From: Haliotis rufescens
Taxonomy: Eukaryota
Reading direction: 5' to 3'
Assembly (NCBI RefSeq): GCF_023055435.1
Contig: NW_025963813.1
Span: 5,456,001-5,520,000, forward strand
Length of the DNA: 64,000 bases
Shown piece by piece: positions 39,895 to 55,333 of the stretch. The translations under genes and the position numbers were made by a program. The notes beneath the pieces are model-generated. The model saw only the letters and a program-made list of their open reading frames with translations. It was not told the origin of the DNA and searched no databases. Numbering within the stretch: the stretch's first letter is position 1; every line of letters begins with the position of its first letter.

Positions 39895-42344
39895 CCTGCC
39901 AGTTACGTTTATCCACTTGAGAATAAACGATTTGAATGTCGCTATTGTGATTCACCACACCTTATATACTTGTGGTTCAGGAAATCAGGATGTTGAATGT
40001 AAATGCCCTCATTGGAAGATTTTCGAAAAGAAAATTCCAAGCGACTTTTTACACCCTGAGAGCGTGAAGAGTGAATCTTTATTATGTAATATCACATGGG
40101 ACGGTGTCACCTGCCTCTCTATTTTATGCATATCTTCCTGCATAATTATAAAAATCAAGCTGTGTATTTGTGACCTAACCTGGCACCCAGTGGCTAGCTC
40201 ACTGCTGGGAAGCATGATAGATTTAACTGTTCATCCAATGCAATTTCAAGCTACAGATGATTAGTGAGAAAAAAAATAAATGGAGAGAGAATTTATAAAT
40301 GAATGACAAATGTTGAACTCCAGTATTTCGTTGAGTGCATGTATTGAGTCTAGTAGGCTGCCATTACTATGGGTCCAGGAGGTTTATCAACCTATGTCAA
40401 ATGCGTGTTTTAAAGCAAAATGTTATGGGAAGGTCATTATTCCTTTCTTCATAATGAAACTTGATGTGAAGAGGGAAATGTTCAAGTTTGAGATATATTT
40501 TCAAAGTTTGAATTCCTACTTTTATAATCTCAAAGCCACATTATCTTCTATAATAAAACAAACTTCTTCTTTTTCTGTAACTAGCAAATCTTAAATTGCC
40601 GTTCAGGTAGCGCAACAATTACCAAAAATATCCAAACTGCTTTAATGAAAACGAACTTCATCTTATTTTCAAAAGAACTGATAATATCAATATTTATCAT
40701 GATAGGAACCCGGAAGTAGACACAGCTTTGTCTTGGCTAAACCGTCCTTAGTAGGCGTACGGATAAAAAACAAACGAGCAGGGTGTAACTGTGAGTTAGT
40801 GTTAGTGTGTGTGTCTGCGTTTTGGTCTGGAACTGGGTCTGTGTTTGAGTGTGAAAGTCCGGGCCACATTTAACTTGGTAACTGGCCCAAACCATATTTT
40901 TATAGATTGTCGTAAAATCTCAGCTCTCCACATCACATGTGGACATGATATACTAATCCATCAGACGAATACCTGATGTAACCACTATTTCCCCAGGAAC
41001 ATGTATGCGATGGTGGTGGTACAACTAACGATCTATGACCCATGTATGACCCCCTTCCAGCCTTACCTGCCCACACCCATCAACAAAACTCCACCACCGG
41101 AGTTGAACATTCATCTGGCCTCAAAGCACAATGATTTTCCTTCTTTGCTATCTGCAGTGACATGTCAACCCACATTAATTAATATCGTTCATAGGCTGTT
41201 CTTCTGTTGCACGACTAACCTGTCACTTATAACTTACACCGCAAACTACCAGCCTGGGTCCAGCAGCTCGATTTCCAAGTAACCACTGTCAACAATGGTC
41301 AGTGGAAGTATCGAGCCTAAACACACAGATCGACCTTTAAACTGGGGGTAAATCATGGAAAGCTGGAGTCAATATCATGTACTCATTTGGGATCAAAACA
41401 AATTATCAAGAAAATACAATGTCGAATCTCATGTCAAGCAAAACATATCTGGCCCAGACTCAACAAACCATCGAACAGAGCACTACATTCTCCTCTTTAC
41501 CTTCCGGATCATGGTAAAACTTAAGGGACGTAACTGTGGTCTGAGGCCATCTGAGAGGGAATCTGCTTCCTTGAAGATTCATATTGCGCTGGATTCTTGA
41601 AAAGAACAAACAAATTTGGACTTGTTTTTTTGTGTGGGCTTTTCTAGAAATCTTGTTGTTTTATTGGACATCTGCTCTACCTTATAAGGCCTTAATGTTA
41701 TCATCACCCCATGGGTGCACTGAGTCACACGTGTCACTTTTTTAGTTTGAACTTTCGCACGGCTGTAATTATAAAGTAGGTGGGCGTTTAGAGGCCGTAA
41801 TGACAGTATGATACTAAAAGGGGACTCCGTGCATTTTCGGACAGAAATTGTCCACTTGCTTGGTTCAACATGTTTATAGGTTTACTCATCTGCCTTCGAG
41901 CTTCAGGACCTTTGTGGACAATGATTCTAATGTGACAATCACTGTGAAGGACATTGAAACGTAAGCAGTGGAACTACAATTAACTACTTTTATAACAAAC
42001 ACGCTTATAACGAACTGACGGATATAAAGTATTGCCCTTAGGTCCCGGACTTTTGCTACATATATCCTGTATATGTGCTTATAATGAACTACGGTTATAA
42101 CGAACTAAAATATGTGGTCCCTTTGAGTTCGTTATGACCGTGGTTTACTGTGGCTGATACTATCTTGAATTTGGTTGTACTTGAAGAAAATATAAGCCAA
42201 GAGAAAATTACAATATACATGGCAGTTTTATTTGTGCCCGTTGAGGAATATACAGCTTTGGTCGATGCAGCATGGCGAGTGGAATCGACAAACATGATAT
42301 CAAATGTCCAGCATTTGATGTGAATATGATGATACTTGAATGTT

Positions 42345-42982
42345 TTAACCGTGGTGTCCGCCTCCATGACCACCACCTCCATGGCCACCTCCGTGACCGC
42401 CACCGTGGCCTCCTCCATGACCTCCACCGTGACCTCCTCCATGACCTCCTCCATGGCCGCCACCTCCGTGTCCTTCGCCATGACCTCCTTTGCCGCCACC
42501 GTGGCCGCCACCTCCATGGCCGCCTCCTCCGTGTCCTTTGCCACCTCCGTGGCCACCTCCTCCGTGTCCTTTGCCACCTCCGTGACCACCTCCATGACCA
42601 CCTCCGTGACCACCACCATGACCTCCTCCATGGCCGCCGCCTCCATGACCACCACCGTGGCCTCCACCTCCATGACCACCACCACCATGGCCACCAAGGA
42701 CGGAGCCAAGGAAGACTGTAAAGAATGTGAAGAAAAAACAATGCATAAGTGGTCATAGATGACAGGATGCATACATACAAAATCCGTCTACCAATCCTAA
42801 TAAATGTTTACATCATGGTAGAAACTATCCTGATCATAACGTTGTCAGTATTATCGTAAAGCCATTTAAAACTCAGCAATAGCTCATAAAGTTGATTATT
42901 AGAAAGCTTGGGAATGCGAATTCGCATCAGATAAGGCAAACGTACCCAAGACTACAACAACTGCAACATTAAGAAGGCGCAT
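42345..42982 (-). CDS. Gly/His-rich secreted protein copy 13 (135 aa, HGEGH); exons 42982-42946, 42715-42345
   Basis: Same G>E change as copy 10. Confidence 0.9.
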
Positions 42983-45432
42983 CCTGCCAGTTACGTTTAT
43001 CCACTTGAGAATAAACGATTTGAATGTCGCTATTGTGATTCACCACACCTTATATACTTGTGGTTCAGGAAATCAGGATGTTGAATGTAAATGCCCTCAT
43101 TGGAAGATTTTCGAAAAGAAAATTCCAAGCGACTTTTTACACCCTGAGAGCGTGAAGAGTGAATCTTTATTATGTAATATCACATGGGACGGTGTCACCT
43201 GCCTCTCTATTTTATGCATATCTTCCTGCATAATTATAAAAATCAAGCTGTGTATTTGTGACCTAACCTGGCACCCAGTGGCTAGCTCACTGCTGGGAAG
43301 CATGATAGATTTAACTGTTCATCCAATGCAATTTCAAGCTACAGATGATTAGTGAGAAAAAAAATGAATGGAGAGAGAATTTATAAATGAATGACAAATG
43401 TTGAACTCCAGTATTTCGTTGAGTGCATGTATTGAGTCTAGTAGGCTACCATTACTATGGGTCCAGGAGGTTTATCAACCTATGTCAAATGCGTGTTTTA
43501 AAGCAAAATGTTATGGGAAGGTCATTATTCCTTTCTTCATAATGAAACTTGATGTGAAGAGGGAAATGTTCAAGTTTGAGATATATTTTCAAAGTTTGAA
43601 TTCCTACTTTTATAATCTCAAAGCCACATTATCTTCTATAATAAAACAAACTTCTTCTTTTTCTGTAACTAGCACATCTTAAATTGCCGTTCAGGTAGCG
43701 CAACAATTACCAAAAATATCCAAACTGCTTTAATGAAAACGAACTTCATCTTATTTTCAAAAGAACTGATAATTTCAATATTTATCATGATATGAACCCG
43801 GAAGTAGACACAGCTTTGTCTTGGCTACACCGTCCTTAGTAGGCGTACGGATAAAAAACAAACGAGCAGGGTGTAACTGTGAGTTAGTGTTAGAGTGTGT
43901 GTCTGCGTTGTGGTCTGGAACTGGGTCTGTGTTTGAGTGTGAAAGTCCGGGCCACATTTAACTTGGTAACTGGCCCAAACCATATTTTTATAGATTGTCG
44001 TAAAATCTCAGCTCTCCACATCACATGTGGACATGATATACTAATCCATCAGACGAATACCTGATGTAACCACTATTTCCCCAGGAACATGTATGCGGTG
44101 GTGGTGGTACAACTAACGATCTATGACCCATGTATGACCCCCTTCCAGCCTTACCTGCCCACACCCATCAACAAAACTCCACCACCGGAGTTGAACATTC
44201 ATCTGGCCTCAAAGCACAATGATTTTCCTTCTTTGCTATCTGCAGTGACATGTCAACCCACATTAATTAATATCGTTCATAGGCTGTTCTTCTGTTGCAT
44301 GACTAACCTGTCACTTATAACTTACACCGCAAACTACCAGCCTGGGTCCAGCAGCTCGATTTCCAAGTAACCACTGTCAACAATGGTCAGTGGAAGTATC
44401 GAGCCTAAACACACAGATCGACCTTTAAACTGGGGGTAAATCATGGAAAGCTGGAGTCAATATCATGTACTCATTTGGGATCAAAACAAATTATCAAGAA
44501 AATACAATGTCGAATCTCATGTCAAGCAAAACATATCTGGCCCAGACTCAACAAACCATCGAACAGAGCACTACATTCTCCTCTTTACCTTCCGGATCAT
44601 GGTAAAACTTAAGGGACGTAACTGTGGTCTGAGGCCATCTGAGAGGGAATCTGCTTCCTTGAAGATTCATATTGCGCTGGATTCTTGAAAAGAACAAACA
44701 AATTTGGACTTGTTTTTTTGTGTGGGCTTTTCTAGAAATCTTGTTGTTTTATTGGACATCTGCTCTACCTTATAAGGCCTTAATGTTATCATCACCCCAT
44801 GGGTGCACTGAGTCACACGTGTCACTTTTTTAGTTTGACCATTCGCACGGCTGTAATTATAAAGTAGGTGGGCGTTTAGAGGCCGTAATGACAGTATGAT
44901 ACTAAAAGGGGACTCCGTGCATTTTCGGACAGAAATTGTCCACTTGCTTGGTTCAACATGTTTATAGGTTTACTCATCTGCCTTCGAGCTTCAGGACCTT
45001 TGTGGACAATGATTCTAATGTGACAATCACTGTGAAGGACATTGAAACGTAAGCAGTGGAACTACAATTAACTACTTTTATAACAAACACGCTTATAACG
45101 AACTGACGGATATAAAGTATTGCCCTTAGGTCCCGGACTTTTGCTACATATATCCTGTATATGTGCTTATAATGAACTACGGTTATAACGAACTAAAATA
45201 TGTGGTCCCTTTGAGTTCGTTATGACCGTGGTTTACTGTGGCTGATACTATCTTGAATTAGGTTGTACTTGAAGAAAATATAAGCCAAGAGAAAATTACA
45301 ATATACATGGCAGTTTTATTTGTGCCCGTTGAGGAATATACAGCTTTGGTCGATGCAGCATGGCGAGTGGAATCGACAAACATGATATCAAATGTCCAGC
45401 ATTTGATGTGAATATGATGATACTTGAATGTT

Positions 45433-46070
45433 TTAACCGTGGTGTCCGCCTCCATGACCACCACCTCCATGGCCACCTCCGTGACCGCCACCGTGGCCTC
45501 CTCCATGACCTCCACCGTGACCTCCTCCATGACCTCCTCCATGGCCGCCACCTCCGTGTCCTCCGCCATGACCTCCTTTGCCGCCACCGTGGCCGCCACC
45601 TCCATGGCCGCCTCCTCCGTGTCCTTTGCCACCTCCGTGGCCACCTCCTCCGTGTCCTTTGCCACCTCCGTGACCACCTCCATGACCACCTCCGTGACCA
45701 CCACCATGACCTCCTCCATGGCCGCCGCCTCCATGACCACCACCGTGGCCTCCACCTCCATGACCACCACCACCATGGCCACCAAGGACGGAGCCAAGGA
45801 AGACTGTAAAGAATGTGAAGAAAAAACAATGCATAAGTGGTCATAGATGACAGGATGCATACATACAAAATCCGTCTACCAATCCTAATAAATGTTTACA
45901 TCATGGTAGAAACTATCCTGATCATAACGTTGTCAGTATTATCGTAAAGCCATTTAAAACTCAGCAATAGCTCATAAAGTTGATTATTAGAAAGCTTGGG
46001 AATGCGAATTCGCATCAGATAAGGCAAACGTACCCAAGACTACAACAACTGCAACATTAAGAAGGCGCAT
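45433..46070 (-). CDS. Gly/His-rich secreted protein copy 14 (135 aa); exons 46070-46034, 45803-45433
   Basis: Same splice sites and open frame. Confidence 0.9.
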
Positions 46071-48519
46071 CCTGCCAGTTACGTTTATCCACTTGAGAAT
46101 AAACGATTTGAATGTCGCTATTGTGATTCACCACACCTTATATACTTGTGGTTCAGGAAATCAGGATGTTGAATGTAAATGCCCTCATTGGAAGATTTTC
46201 GAAAAGAAAATTCCAAGCGACTTTTTACACCCTGAGAGCGTGAAGAGTGAATCTTTATTATGTAATATCACATGGGACGGTGTCACCTGCCTCTCTATTT
46301 TATGCATATCTTCCTGCATAATTATAAAAATCAAGCTGTGTATTTGTGACCTAACCTGGCACCCAGTGGCTAGCTCACTGCTGGGAAGCATGATAGATTT
46401 AACTGTTCATCCAATGCAATTTCAAGCTACAGATGATTAGTGAGAAAAAAAATGAATGGAGAGAGAATTTATAAATGAATGACAAATGTTGAACTCCAGT
46501 ATTTCGTTGAGTGCATGTATTGAGTCTAGTAGGCTACCATTACTATGGGTCCAGGAGGTTTATCAACCTATGTCAAATGCGTGTTTTAAAGCAAAATGTT
46601 ATGGGAAGGTCATTATTCCTTTCTTCATAATGAAACTTGATGTGAAGAGGGAAATGTTCAAGTTTGAGATATATTTTCAAAGTTTGAATTCCTACTTTTA
46701 TAATCTCAAAGCCACATTATCTTCTATAATAAAACAAACTTCTTCTTTTTCTGTAACTAGCACATCTTAAATTGCCGTTCAGGTAGCGCAACAATTACCA
46801 AAAATATCCAAACTGCTTTAATGAAAACGAACTTCATCTTATTTTCAAAAGAACTGATAATTTCAATATTTATCATGATATGAACCCGGAAGTAGACACA
46901 GCTTTGTCTTGGCTAAACCGTCCTTAGTAGGCGTACGGATAAAAAACAAACGAGCAGGGTGTAACTGTGAGTTAGTGTTAGAGTGTGTGTCTGCGTTGTG
47001 GTCTGGAACTGGGTCTGTGTTTGAGTGTGAAAGTCCGGGCCACATTTAACTTGGTAACTGGCCCAAACCATATTTTTATAGATTGTCGTAGATCTCAGCT
47101 CTCCACATCACATGTAGACATGATATACTAATCCATCAGACGAATACCTGATGTAACCACTATTTCCCCAGGAACATGTATGCGGTGGTGGTGGTACAAC
47201 TAACGATCTATGACCCATGTATGACCCCCTTCCAGCCTTACCTGCCCACACCCATCAACAAAACTCCACCACCGGAGTTGAACATTCATCTGGCCTCAAA
47301 GCACAATGATTTTCCTTCTTTGCTATCTGCAGTGACATGTCAACCCACATTAATTAATATCGTTCATAGGCTGTTCTTCTGTTGCATGACTAACCTGTCA
47401 CTTATAACTTACACCGCAAACTACCAGCCTGGGTCCAGCAGCTCGATTTCCAAATAACCACTGTCAACAATGGTCAGTGGAAGTATCGAGCCTAAACACA
47501 CAGATCGACCTTTAAACTGGGGGTCAAATCATGGAAAGCTGGAGTCAATATCATGTACTCATTTGGGATCAAAACAAATTATCAAGAAAATACAATGTCG
47601 AATCTCATGTCAAGCAAAACATATCTGGCCCAGACTCAACAAACCATCGAACAGAGCACTACGTTCTCCTCTTTACCTTCCGGGTCATGGTAAAACTTAA
47701 GGGACGTAACTGTGGTCTGAGGCCATCTGAGAGGGAATCTGCTTCCTTGAAGATTCATATTGCGCTGGATTCTTGAAAAGAACAAACAAATTTGGACTTG
47801 TTTTTTTGTGTAGGCTTTTCTAGAAATCTTGTTGTTTTATTAGACATCTGCTCTACCTTATAAGGCCTTAATGTTATCATCACCCAATGGGTGCATTGAG
47901 ACACACGTGTCACTTTTTTAGTTTGAACATTCGCACGGCTGTAATTATAAAGTAGGTGGGCGTTTAGAGGCCGTAATGACAGTATGATACTAAAAGGGGA
48001 CTCCGTGCATTTTCGGACAGAAATTGTCCACTTGCTTGGTTCAACATGTTTATAGGTTTACTCATCTGCCTTCGAGCTTCCGGACCTTTGTGGACAATGA
48101 TTCTAATGTGACAATCACTGTGAAGGACATTGAAAAGTAAGCAGTGGAACTACAATTAACTACTTTTATAACAAACACGCTTATAACGAACTGACGGATA
48201 TAAAATATTGCCCTTAGGTCCCGGACTTTTGCTACATATATCCTGTATATGTGCTTATAATGAACTACGGTTATAACGAACTAAAATATGTGGTCTCTTT
48301 GAGTTCGTTATGACCGTGGTTTACTGTGGCTGATACTATCTTGAATTTGGTTGTACTTGAAGAAAATATAAGCCAAGAGAAAATTACAATATACATGGCA
48401 GTTTTATTTGTGCTCGTTGAGGAATATACAGCTTTGGTCGATGCAGCATGGCGAGTGGAATCGACAAACATGATATCAAATGTCCAGCATTTGATGTGAA
48501 TATGATGATACTTGAATGT

Positions 48520-49157
48520 TTAACCGTGGTGTCCGCCTCCATGACCACCACCTCCATGGCCACCTCCGTGACCGCCACCGTGGCCTCCTCCATGACCTCC
48601 ACCGTGACCTCCTCCATGACCTCCTCCATGGCCGCCACCTCCGTGTCCTCCGCCATGACCTCCTTTGCCGCCACCGTGGCCGCCACCTCCATGGCCGCCT
48701 CCTCCGTGTCCTTTGCCACCTCCGTGGCCACCTCCTCCGTGTCCTTTGCCACCTCCGTGACCACCTCCATGACCACCTCCGTGACCACCACCATGACCTC
48801 CTCCATGGCCGCCGCCTCCATGACCACCACCGTGGCCTCCACCTCCATGACCACCACCACCATGGCCACCAAGGACGGAGCCAAGGAAGACTGTAAAGAA
48901 TGTGAAGAAAAAACAATGCATAAGTGGTCATGGATGACAGGATGCATACATACAAAATCCGTCTACCAATCCTAATAAATGTTTACATCATGGTAGAAAC
49001 TATCCTGATCATAACGTTGTCAGTATTATCGTAAAGCCATTTAAAACTCAGCAATAGCTCATAAAGTTGATTATTAGAAAGCTTGGGAATGCGAATTCGC
49101 ATCAGATAAGGCAAACGTACCCAAGACTACAACAACTGCAACATTAAGAAGGCGCAT
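48520..49157 (-). CDS. Gly/His-rich secreted protein copy 15 (135 aa); exons 49157-49121, 48890-48520
   Basis: Same splice sites and open frame. Confidence 0.9.
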
Positions 49158-51607
49158 CCTGCCAGTTACGTTTATCCACTTGAGAATAAACGATTTGAAT
49201 GTCGCTATTGTGATTCACCACACCTTATATACTTGTGGTTCAGGAAATCAGGATGTTGAATGTAAATGCCCTCATTGGAAGATTTTCGAAAAGAAAATTC
49301 CAAGCGACTTTTTACACCCTGAGAGCGTGAAGAGTGAATCTTTATTATGTAATATCACATGGGACGGTGTCACCTGCCTCTCTATTTTATGCATATCTTC
49401 CTGCATAATTATAAAAATCAAGCTGTGTATTTGTGACCTAACCTGGCACCCAGTGGCTAGCTCACTGCTGGGAAGCATGATAGATTTAACTGTTCATCCA
49501 ATGCAATTTCAAGCTACAGATGATTAGTGAGAAAAAAAATGAATGGAGAGAGAATTTATAAATGAATGACAAATGTTGAACTCCAGTATTTCGTTGAGTG
49601 CATGTATTGAGTCTAGTAGGCTGCCATTACTATGGGTCCAGGAGGTTTATCAACCTATGTCAAATGCGTGTTTTAAAGCAAAATGTTATGGGTAGGTCAC
49701 TATTCCTTTCTTCATAATGAAACTTGATGTGAAGAGGGAAATGTTCAAGTTTGAGATATATTTTCAAAGTTTGAATTCCTACTTTTATAATCTCAAAGCC
49801 ACATTATCTTCTATAATAAAACAAACTTCTTCTTTTTCTGTAACTAGCAAATCTTAAATTGCCGTTCAGGTAGCGCAACAATTACCAAAAATATCCAAAC
49901 TGCTTTAATGAAAACGAACTTCATCTTATTTTCAAAAGAACTGATAATATCAATATTTATCATGATATGAACCCGGAAGTAGACACAGCTTTGTCTTGGC
50001 TAAACCGTCCTTAGTAGGCGTACGGATAAAAAACAAACGAGCAGGGTGTAACTGTGAGTTAGTGTTAGAGTGTGTGTCTGCGTTTTGGTCTGGAACTGGG
50101 TCTGTGTTTGAGTGTGAAAGTCCGGGCTACATTTAACTTGGTAACTGGCCCAAACCATATTTTTATAGATTGTCGTAAAATCTCAGCTCTCCACATCACA
50201 TGTGGACATGATATACTAATCCATCAGACGAATACCTGATGTAACCACTATTTCCGCAGGAACATGTATGCGGTGGTGGTGGTACAACTAACGATCTATG
50301 ACCCATGTATGACCCCCTTCCAGCCTTACCTGCCCACACCCACCAACAAAACTCCACCACCGGAGTTGAACATTCATCTGGCCTCAAAGCACAATGATTT
50401 TCCTTCTTTGCTATCTGCAGTGACATGTCAACCCACATTAATTAATATCGTTCATAGGCTGTTCTTCTGTTGCATGACTAACCTGTCACTTATAACTTAC
50501 ACCGCAAACTACCAGCCTGGGTCCAGCAGCTCGATTTCCAAATAACCACTGTCAACAATGGTCAGTGGAAGTATCGAGCCTAAACACACAGATCGACCTT
50601 TAAACTGGGGGTCAAATCATGGAAAGCTGGAGTCAATATCATGTACTCATTTGGGATCAAAACAAATTATCAAGAAAATACAATGTCGAATCTCATGTCA
50701 AGCAAAACATATCTGGCCCAGACTCAACAAACCATCGAACAGAGCACTACGTTCTCCTCTTTACCTTCCGGGTCATGGTAAAACTTAAGGGACGTAACTG
50801 TGGTCTGAGGCCATCTGAGAGGGAATCTGCTTCCTTGAAGATTCATATTGCGCTGGATTCTTGAAAAGAACAAACAAATTTGGACTTGTTTTTTTGTGTA
50901 GGCTTTTCTAGAAATCTTGTTGTTTTATTAGACATCTGCTCTACCTTATAAGGCCTTAATGTTATCATCACCCAATGGGTGCATTGAGACACACGTGTCA
51001 CTTTTTTAGTTTGAACATTCGCACGGCTGTAATTATAAAGTAGGTGGGCGTTTAGAGGCCGTAATGACAGTATGATACTAAAAGGGGACTCCGTGCATTT
51101 TCGGACAGAAATTGTCCACTTGCTTGGTTCAACATGTTTATAGGTTTACTCATCTGCCTTCGAGCTTCCGGACCTTTGTGGACAATGATTCTAATGTGAC
51201 AATCACTGTGAAGGACATTGAAAAGTAAGCAGTGGAACTACAATTAACTACTTTTATAACAAACACGCTTATAACGAACTGACGGATATAAAGTATTGCC
51301 CTTAGGTCCCGGACTTTTGCTACATATATCCTGTATATGTGCTTATAATGAACTACGGTTATAACGAACTAAAATATGTGGTCTCTTTGAGTTCGTTATG
51401 ACCGTGGTTTACTGTGGCTGATACTATCTTGAATTTGGTTGTACTTGAAGAAAATATAAGCCAAGAGAAAATTACAATATACATGGCAGTTTTATTTGTG
51501 CTCGTTGAGGAATATACAGCTTTGGTCGATGCAGCATGGCGAGTGGAATCGACAAACATGATATCAAATGTCCAGCATTTGATGTGAATATGATGATACT
51601 TGAATGT

Positions 51608-52245
51608 TTAACCGTGGTGTCCGCCTCCATGACCACCACCTCCATGGCCACCTCCGTGACCGCCACCGTGGCCTCCTCCATGACCTCCACCGTGACCTCC
51701 TCCATGACCTCCTCCATGGCCGCCACCTCCGTGTCCTCCGCCATGACCTCCTTTGCCGCCACCGTGGCCGCCACCTCCATGGCCGCCTCCTCCGTGTCCT
51801 TTGCCACCTCCGTGGCCACCTCCTCCGTGTCCTTTGCCACCTCCGTGACCACCTCCATGACCACCTCCGTGACCACCACCATGACCTCCTCCATGGCCGC
51901 CGCCTCCATGACCACCACCGTGGCCTCCACCTCCATGACCACCACCACCATGGCCACCAAGGACGGAGCCAAGGAAGACTGTAAAGAATGTGAAGAAAAA
52001 ACAATGCATAAGTGGTCATGGATGACAGGATGCATACATACAAAATCCGTCTACCAATCCTAATAAATGTTTACATCATGGTAGAAACTATCCTGATCAT
52101 AACGTTGTCAGTATTATCGTAAAGCCATTTAAAACTCAGCAATAGCTCATAAAGTTGATTATTAGAAAGCTTGGGAATGCGAATTCGCATCAGATAAGGC
52201 AAACGTACCCAAGACTACAACAACTGCAACATTAAGAAGGCGCAT
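51608..52245 (-). CDS. Gly/His-rich secreted protein copy 16 (135 aa); exons 52245-52209, 51978-51608
   Basis: Same splice sites and open frame. Confidence 0.9.
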
Positions 52246-54695
52246 CCTGCCAGTTACGTTTATCCACTTGAGAATAAACGATTTGAATGTCGCTATTGTG
52301 ATTCACCACACCTTATATACTTGTGGTTCAGGAAATCAGGATGTTGAATGTAAATGCCCTCATTGGAAGATTTTCGAAAAGAAAATTCCAAGCGACTTTT
52401 TACACCCTGAGAGCGTGAAGAGTGAATCTTTATTATGTAATATCACATGGGACGGTGTCACCTGCCTCTCTATTTTATGCATATCTTCCTGCATAATTAT
52501 AAAAATCAAGCTGTGTATTTGTGACCTAACCTGGCACCCAGTGGCTAGCTCACTGCTGGGAAGCATGATAGATTTAACTGTTCATCCAATGCAATTTCAA
52601 GCTACAGATGATTAGTGAGAAAAAAAATGAATGGAGAGAGAATTTATAAATGAATGACAAATGTTGAACTCCAGTATTTCGTTGAGTGCATGTATTGAGT
52701 CTAGTAGGCTGCCATTACTATGGGTCCAGGAGGTTTATCAACCTATGTCAAATGCGTGTTTTAAAGCAAAATGTTATGGGTAGGTCACTATTCCTTTCTT
52801 CATAATGAAACTTGATGTGAAGAGGGAAATGTTCAAGTTTGAGATATATTTTCAAAGTTTGAATTCCTACTTTTATAATCTCAAAGCCACATTATCTTCT
52901 ATAATAAAACAAACTTCTTCTTTTTCTGTAACTAGCAAATCTTAAATTGCCGTTCAGGTAGCGCAACAATTACCAAAAATATCCAAACTGCTTTAATGAA
53001 AACGAACTTCATCTTATTTTCAAAAGAACTGATAATATCAATATTTATCATGATATGAACCCGGAAGTAGACACAGCTTTGTCTTGGCTAAACCGTCCTT
53101 AGTAGGCGTACGGATAAAAAACAAACGAGCAGGGTGTAACTGTGAGTTAGTGTTAGAGTGTGTGTCTGCGTTTTGGTCTGGAACTGGGTCTGTGTTTGAG
53201 TGTGAAAGTCCGGGCTACATTTAACTTGGTAACTGGCCCAAACCATATTTTTATAGATTGTCGTAAAATCTCAGCTCTCCACATCACATGTGGACATGAT
53301 ATACTAATCCATCAGACGAATACCTGATGTAACCACTATTTCCGCAGGAACATGTATGCGGTGGTGGTGGTACAACTAACGATCTATGACCCATGTATGA
53401 CCCCCTTCCAGCCTTACCTGCCCACACCCACCAACAAAACTCCACCACCGGAGTTGAACATTCATCTGGCCTCAAAGCACAATGATTTTCCTTCTTTGCT
53501 ATCTGCAGTGACATGTCAACCCACATTAATTAATATCGTTCATAGGCTGTTCTTCTGTTGCATGACTAACCTGTCACTTATAACTTACACCGCAAACTAC
53601 CAGCCTGGGTCCAGCAGCTCGATTTCCAAGTAACCACTGTCAACAATGGTCAGTGGAAGTATCGAGCCTAAACACACAGATCGACCTTTAAACTGGGGGT
53701 CAAATCATGGAAAGCTGGAGTCAATATCATGTACTCATTTGGGATCAAAACAAATTATCAAGAAAATACAATGTCGAATCTCATGTCAAGCAAAACATAT
53801 CTGGCCCAGACTCAACAAACCATCGAACAGAGCACTACATTCTCCTCTTTACCTTCCGGCTCATGGTAAAACTTAAGGGACGTAACTGTGGTCTGAGGCC
53901 ATCTGAGAGGGAATCTGCTTCCTTGAAGATTCATATTGCGCTGGATTCTTGAAAAGAACAAACAAATTTGGACTTGTTTTTGTGTGTGGGCTTTTCTAGA
54001 AATCTTGTTGTTTTATCGGACATCTGCTCTACCTTATAAGGCCTTAATGTTATCATCACCCCATGGGTGCACTGAGTCACACGTGTCACTTTTTTAGTTT
54101 GAACTTTCGCACGGCTGTAATTATAAAGTAGGTGGGCGTTTAGAGGCCGTAATGACAGTATGATACTAAAAGGGGACTCCGTGCATTTTCGGACAGAAAT
54201 TGTCCACTTGCTTGGTTCAACATGTTTATAGGTTTACTCATCTGCCTTCGAGCTTCAGGACCTTTGTGGCCAATGATTCTAATGTGACAATCACTGTGCA
54301 GGACATTGAAACGTAAGCAGTGGAACTACAATTAACTACTTTTATAACGAACACGCTTATAACGAACTGACGGATATAAAGTATTGCCCTTAGGTCCCGG
54401 ACTTTTGCTACATATATCCTGTATATGTGCTTATAATGAACTACGGTTATAACGAACTAAAATATGTGGTCTCTTTGAGTTCGTTATGACCGTGGTTTAC
54501 TGTGGCTGATACTATCTTGAATTTGGTTGTACTTGAAGAAAATATAAGCCAAGAGAAAATTACAATATACATGGCAGTTTTATTTGTGCTCGTTGAGGAA
54601 TATACAGCTTTGGTCGATGCAGCATGGCGAGTGGAATCGACAAACATGATATCAAATGTCCAGCATTTGATGTGAATATGATGATACTTGAATGT

Positions 54696-55333
54696 TTAAC
54701 CGTGGTGTCCGCCTCCATGACCACCACCTCCATGGCCACCTCCGTGACCGCCACCGTGGCCTCCTCCATGACCTCCACCGTGACCTCCTCCATGACCTCC
54801 TCCATGGCCGCCACCTCCGTGTCCTCCGCCATGACCTCCTTTGCCGCCACCGTGGCCGCCACCTCCATGGCCGCCTCCTCCGTGTCCTTTGCCACCTCCG
54901 TGGCCACCTCCTCCGTGTCCTTTGCCACCTCCGTGACCACCTCCATGACCACCTCCGTGACCACCACCATGACCTCCTCCATGGCCGCCGCCTCCATGAC
55001 CACCACCGTGGCCTCCACCTCCATGACCACCACCACCATGGCCACCAAGGACGGAGCCAAGGAAGACTGTAAAGAATGTGAAGAAAAAACAATGCATAAG
55101 TGGTCATAGATGACAGGATGCATACATACAAAATCCGTCTACCAATCCTAATAAATGTTTACATCATGGTAGAAACTATCCTGATCATAACGTTGTCAGT
55201 ATTATCGTAAAGCCATTTAAAACTCAGCAATAGCTCATAAAGTTGATTATTAGAAAGCTTGGGAATGCGAATTCGCATCAGATAAGGCAAACGTACCCAA
55301 GACTACAACAACTGCAACATTAAAAAGGCGCAT
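54696..55333 (-). CDS. Gly/His-rich secreted protein copy 17 (135 aa, L4F in the signal peptide); exons 55333-55297, 55066-54696
   Basis: Plus-strand taaaaaggcgcat instead of taagaaggcgcat changes CTT to TTT; otherwise the same structure. Confidence 0.88.
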
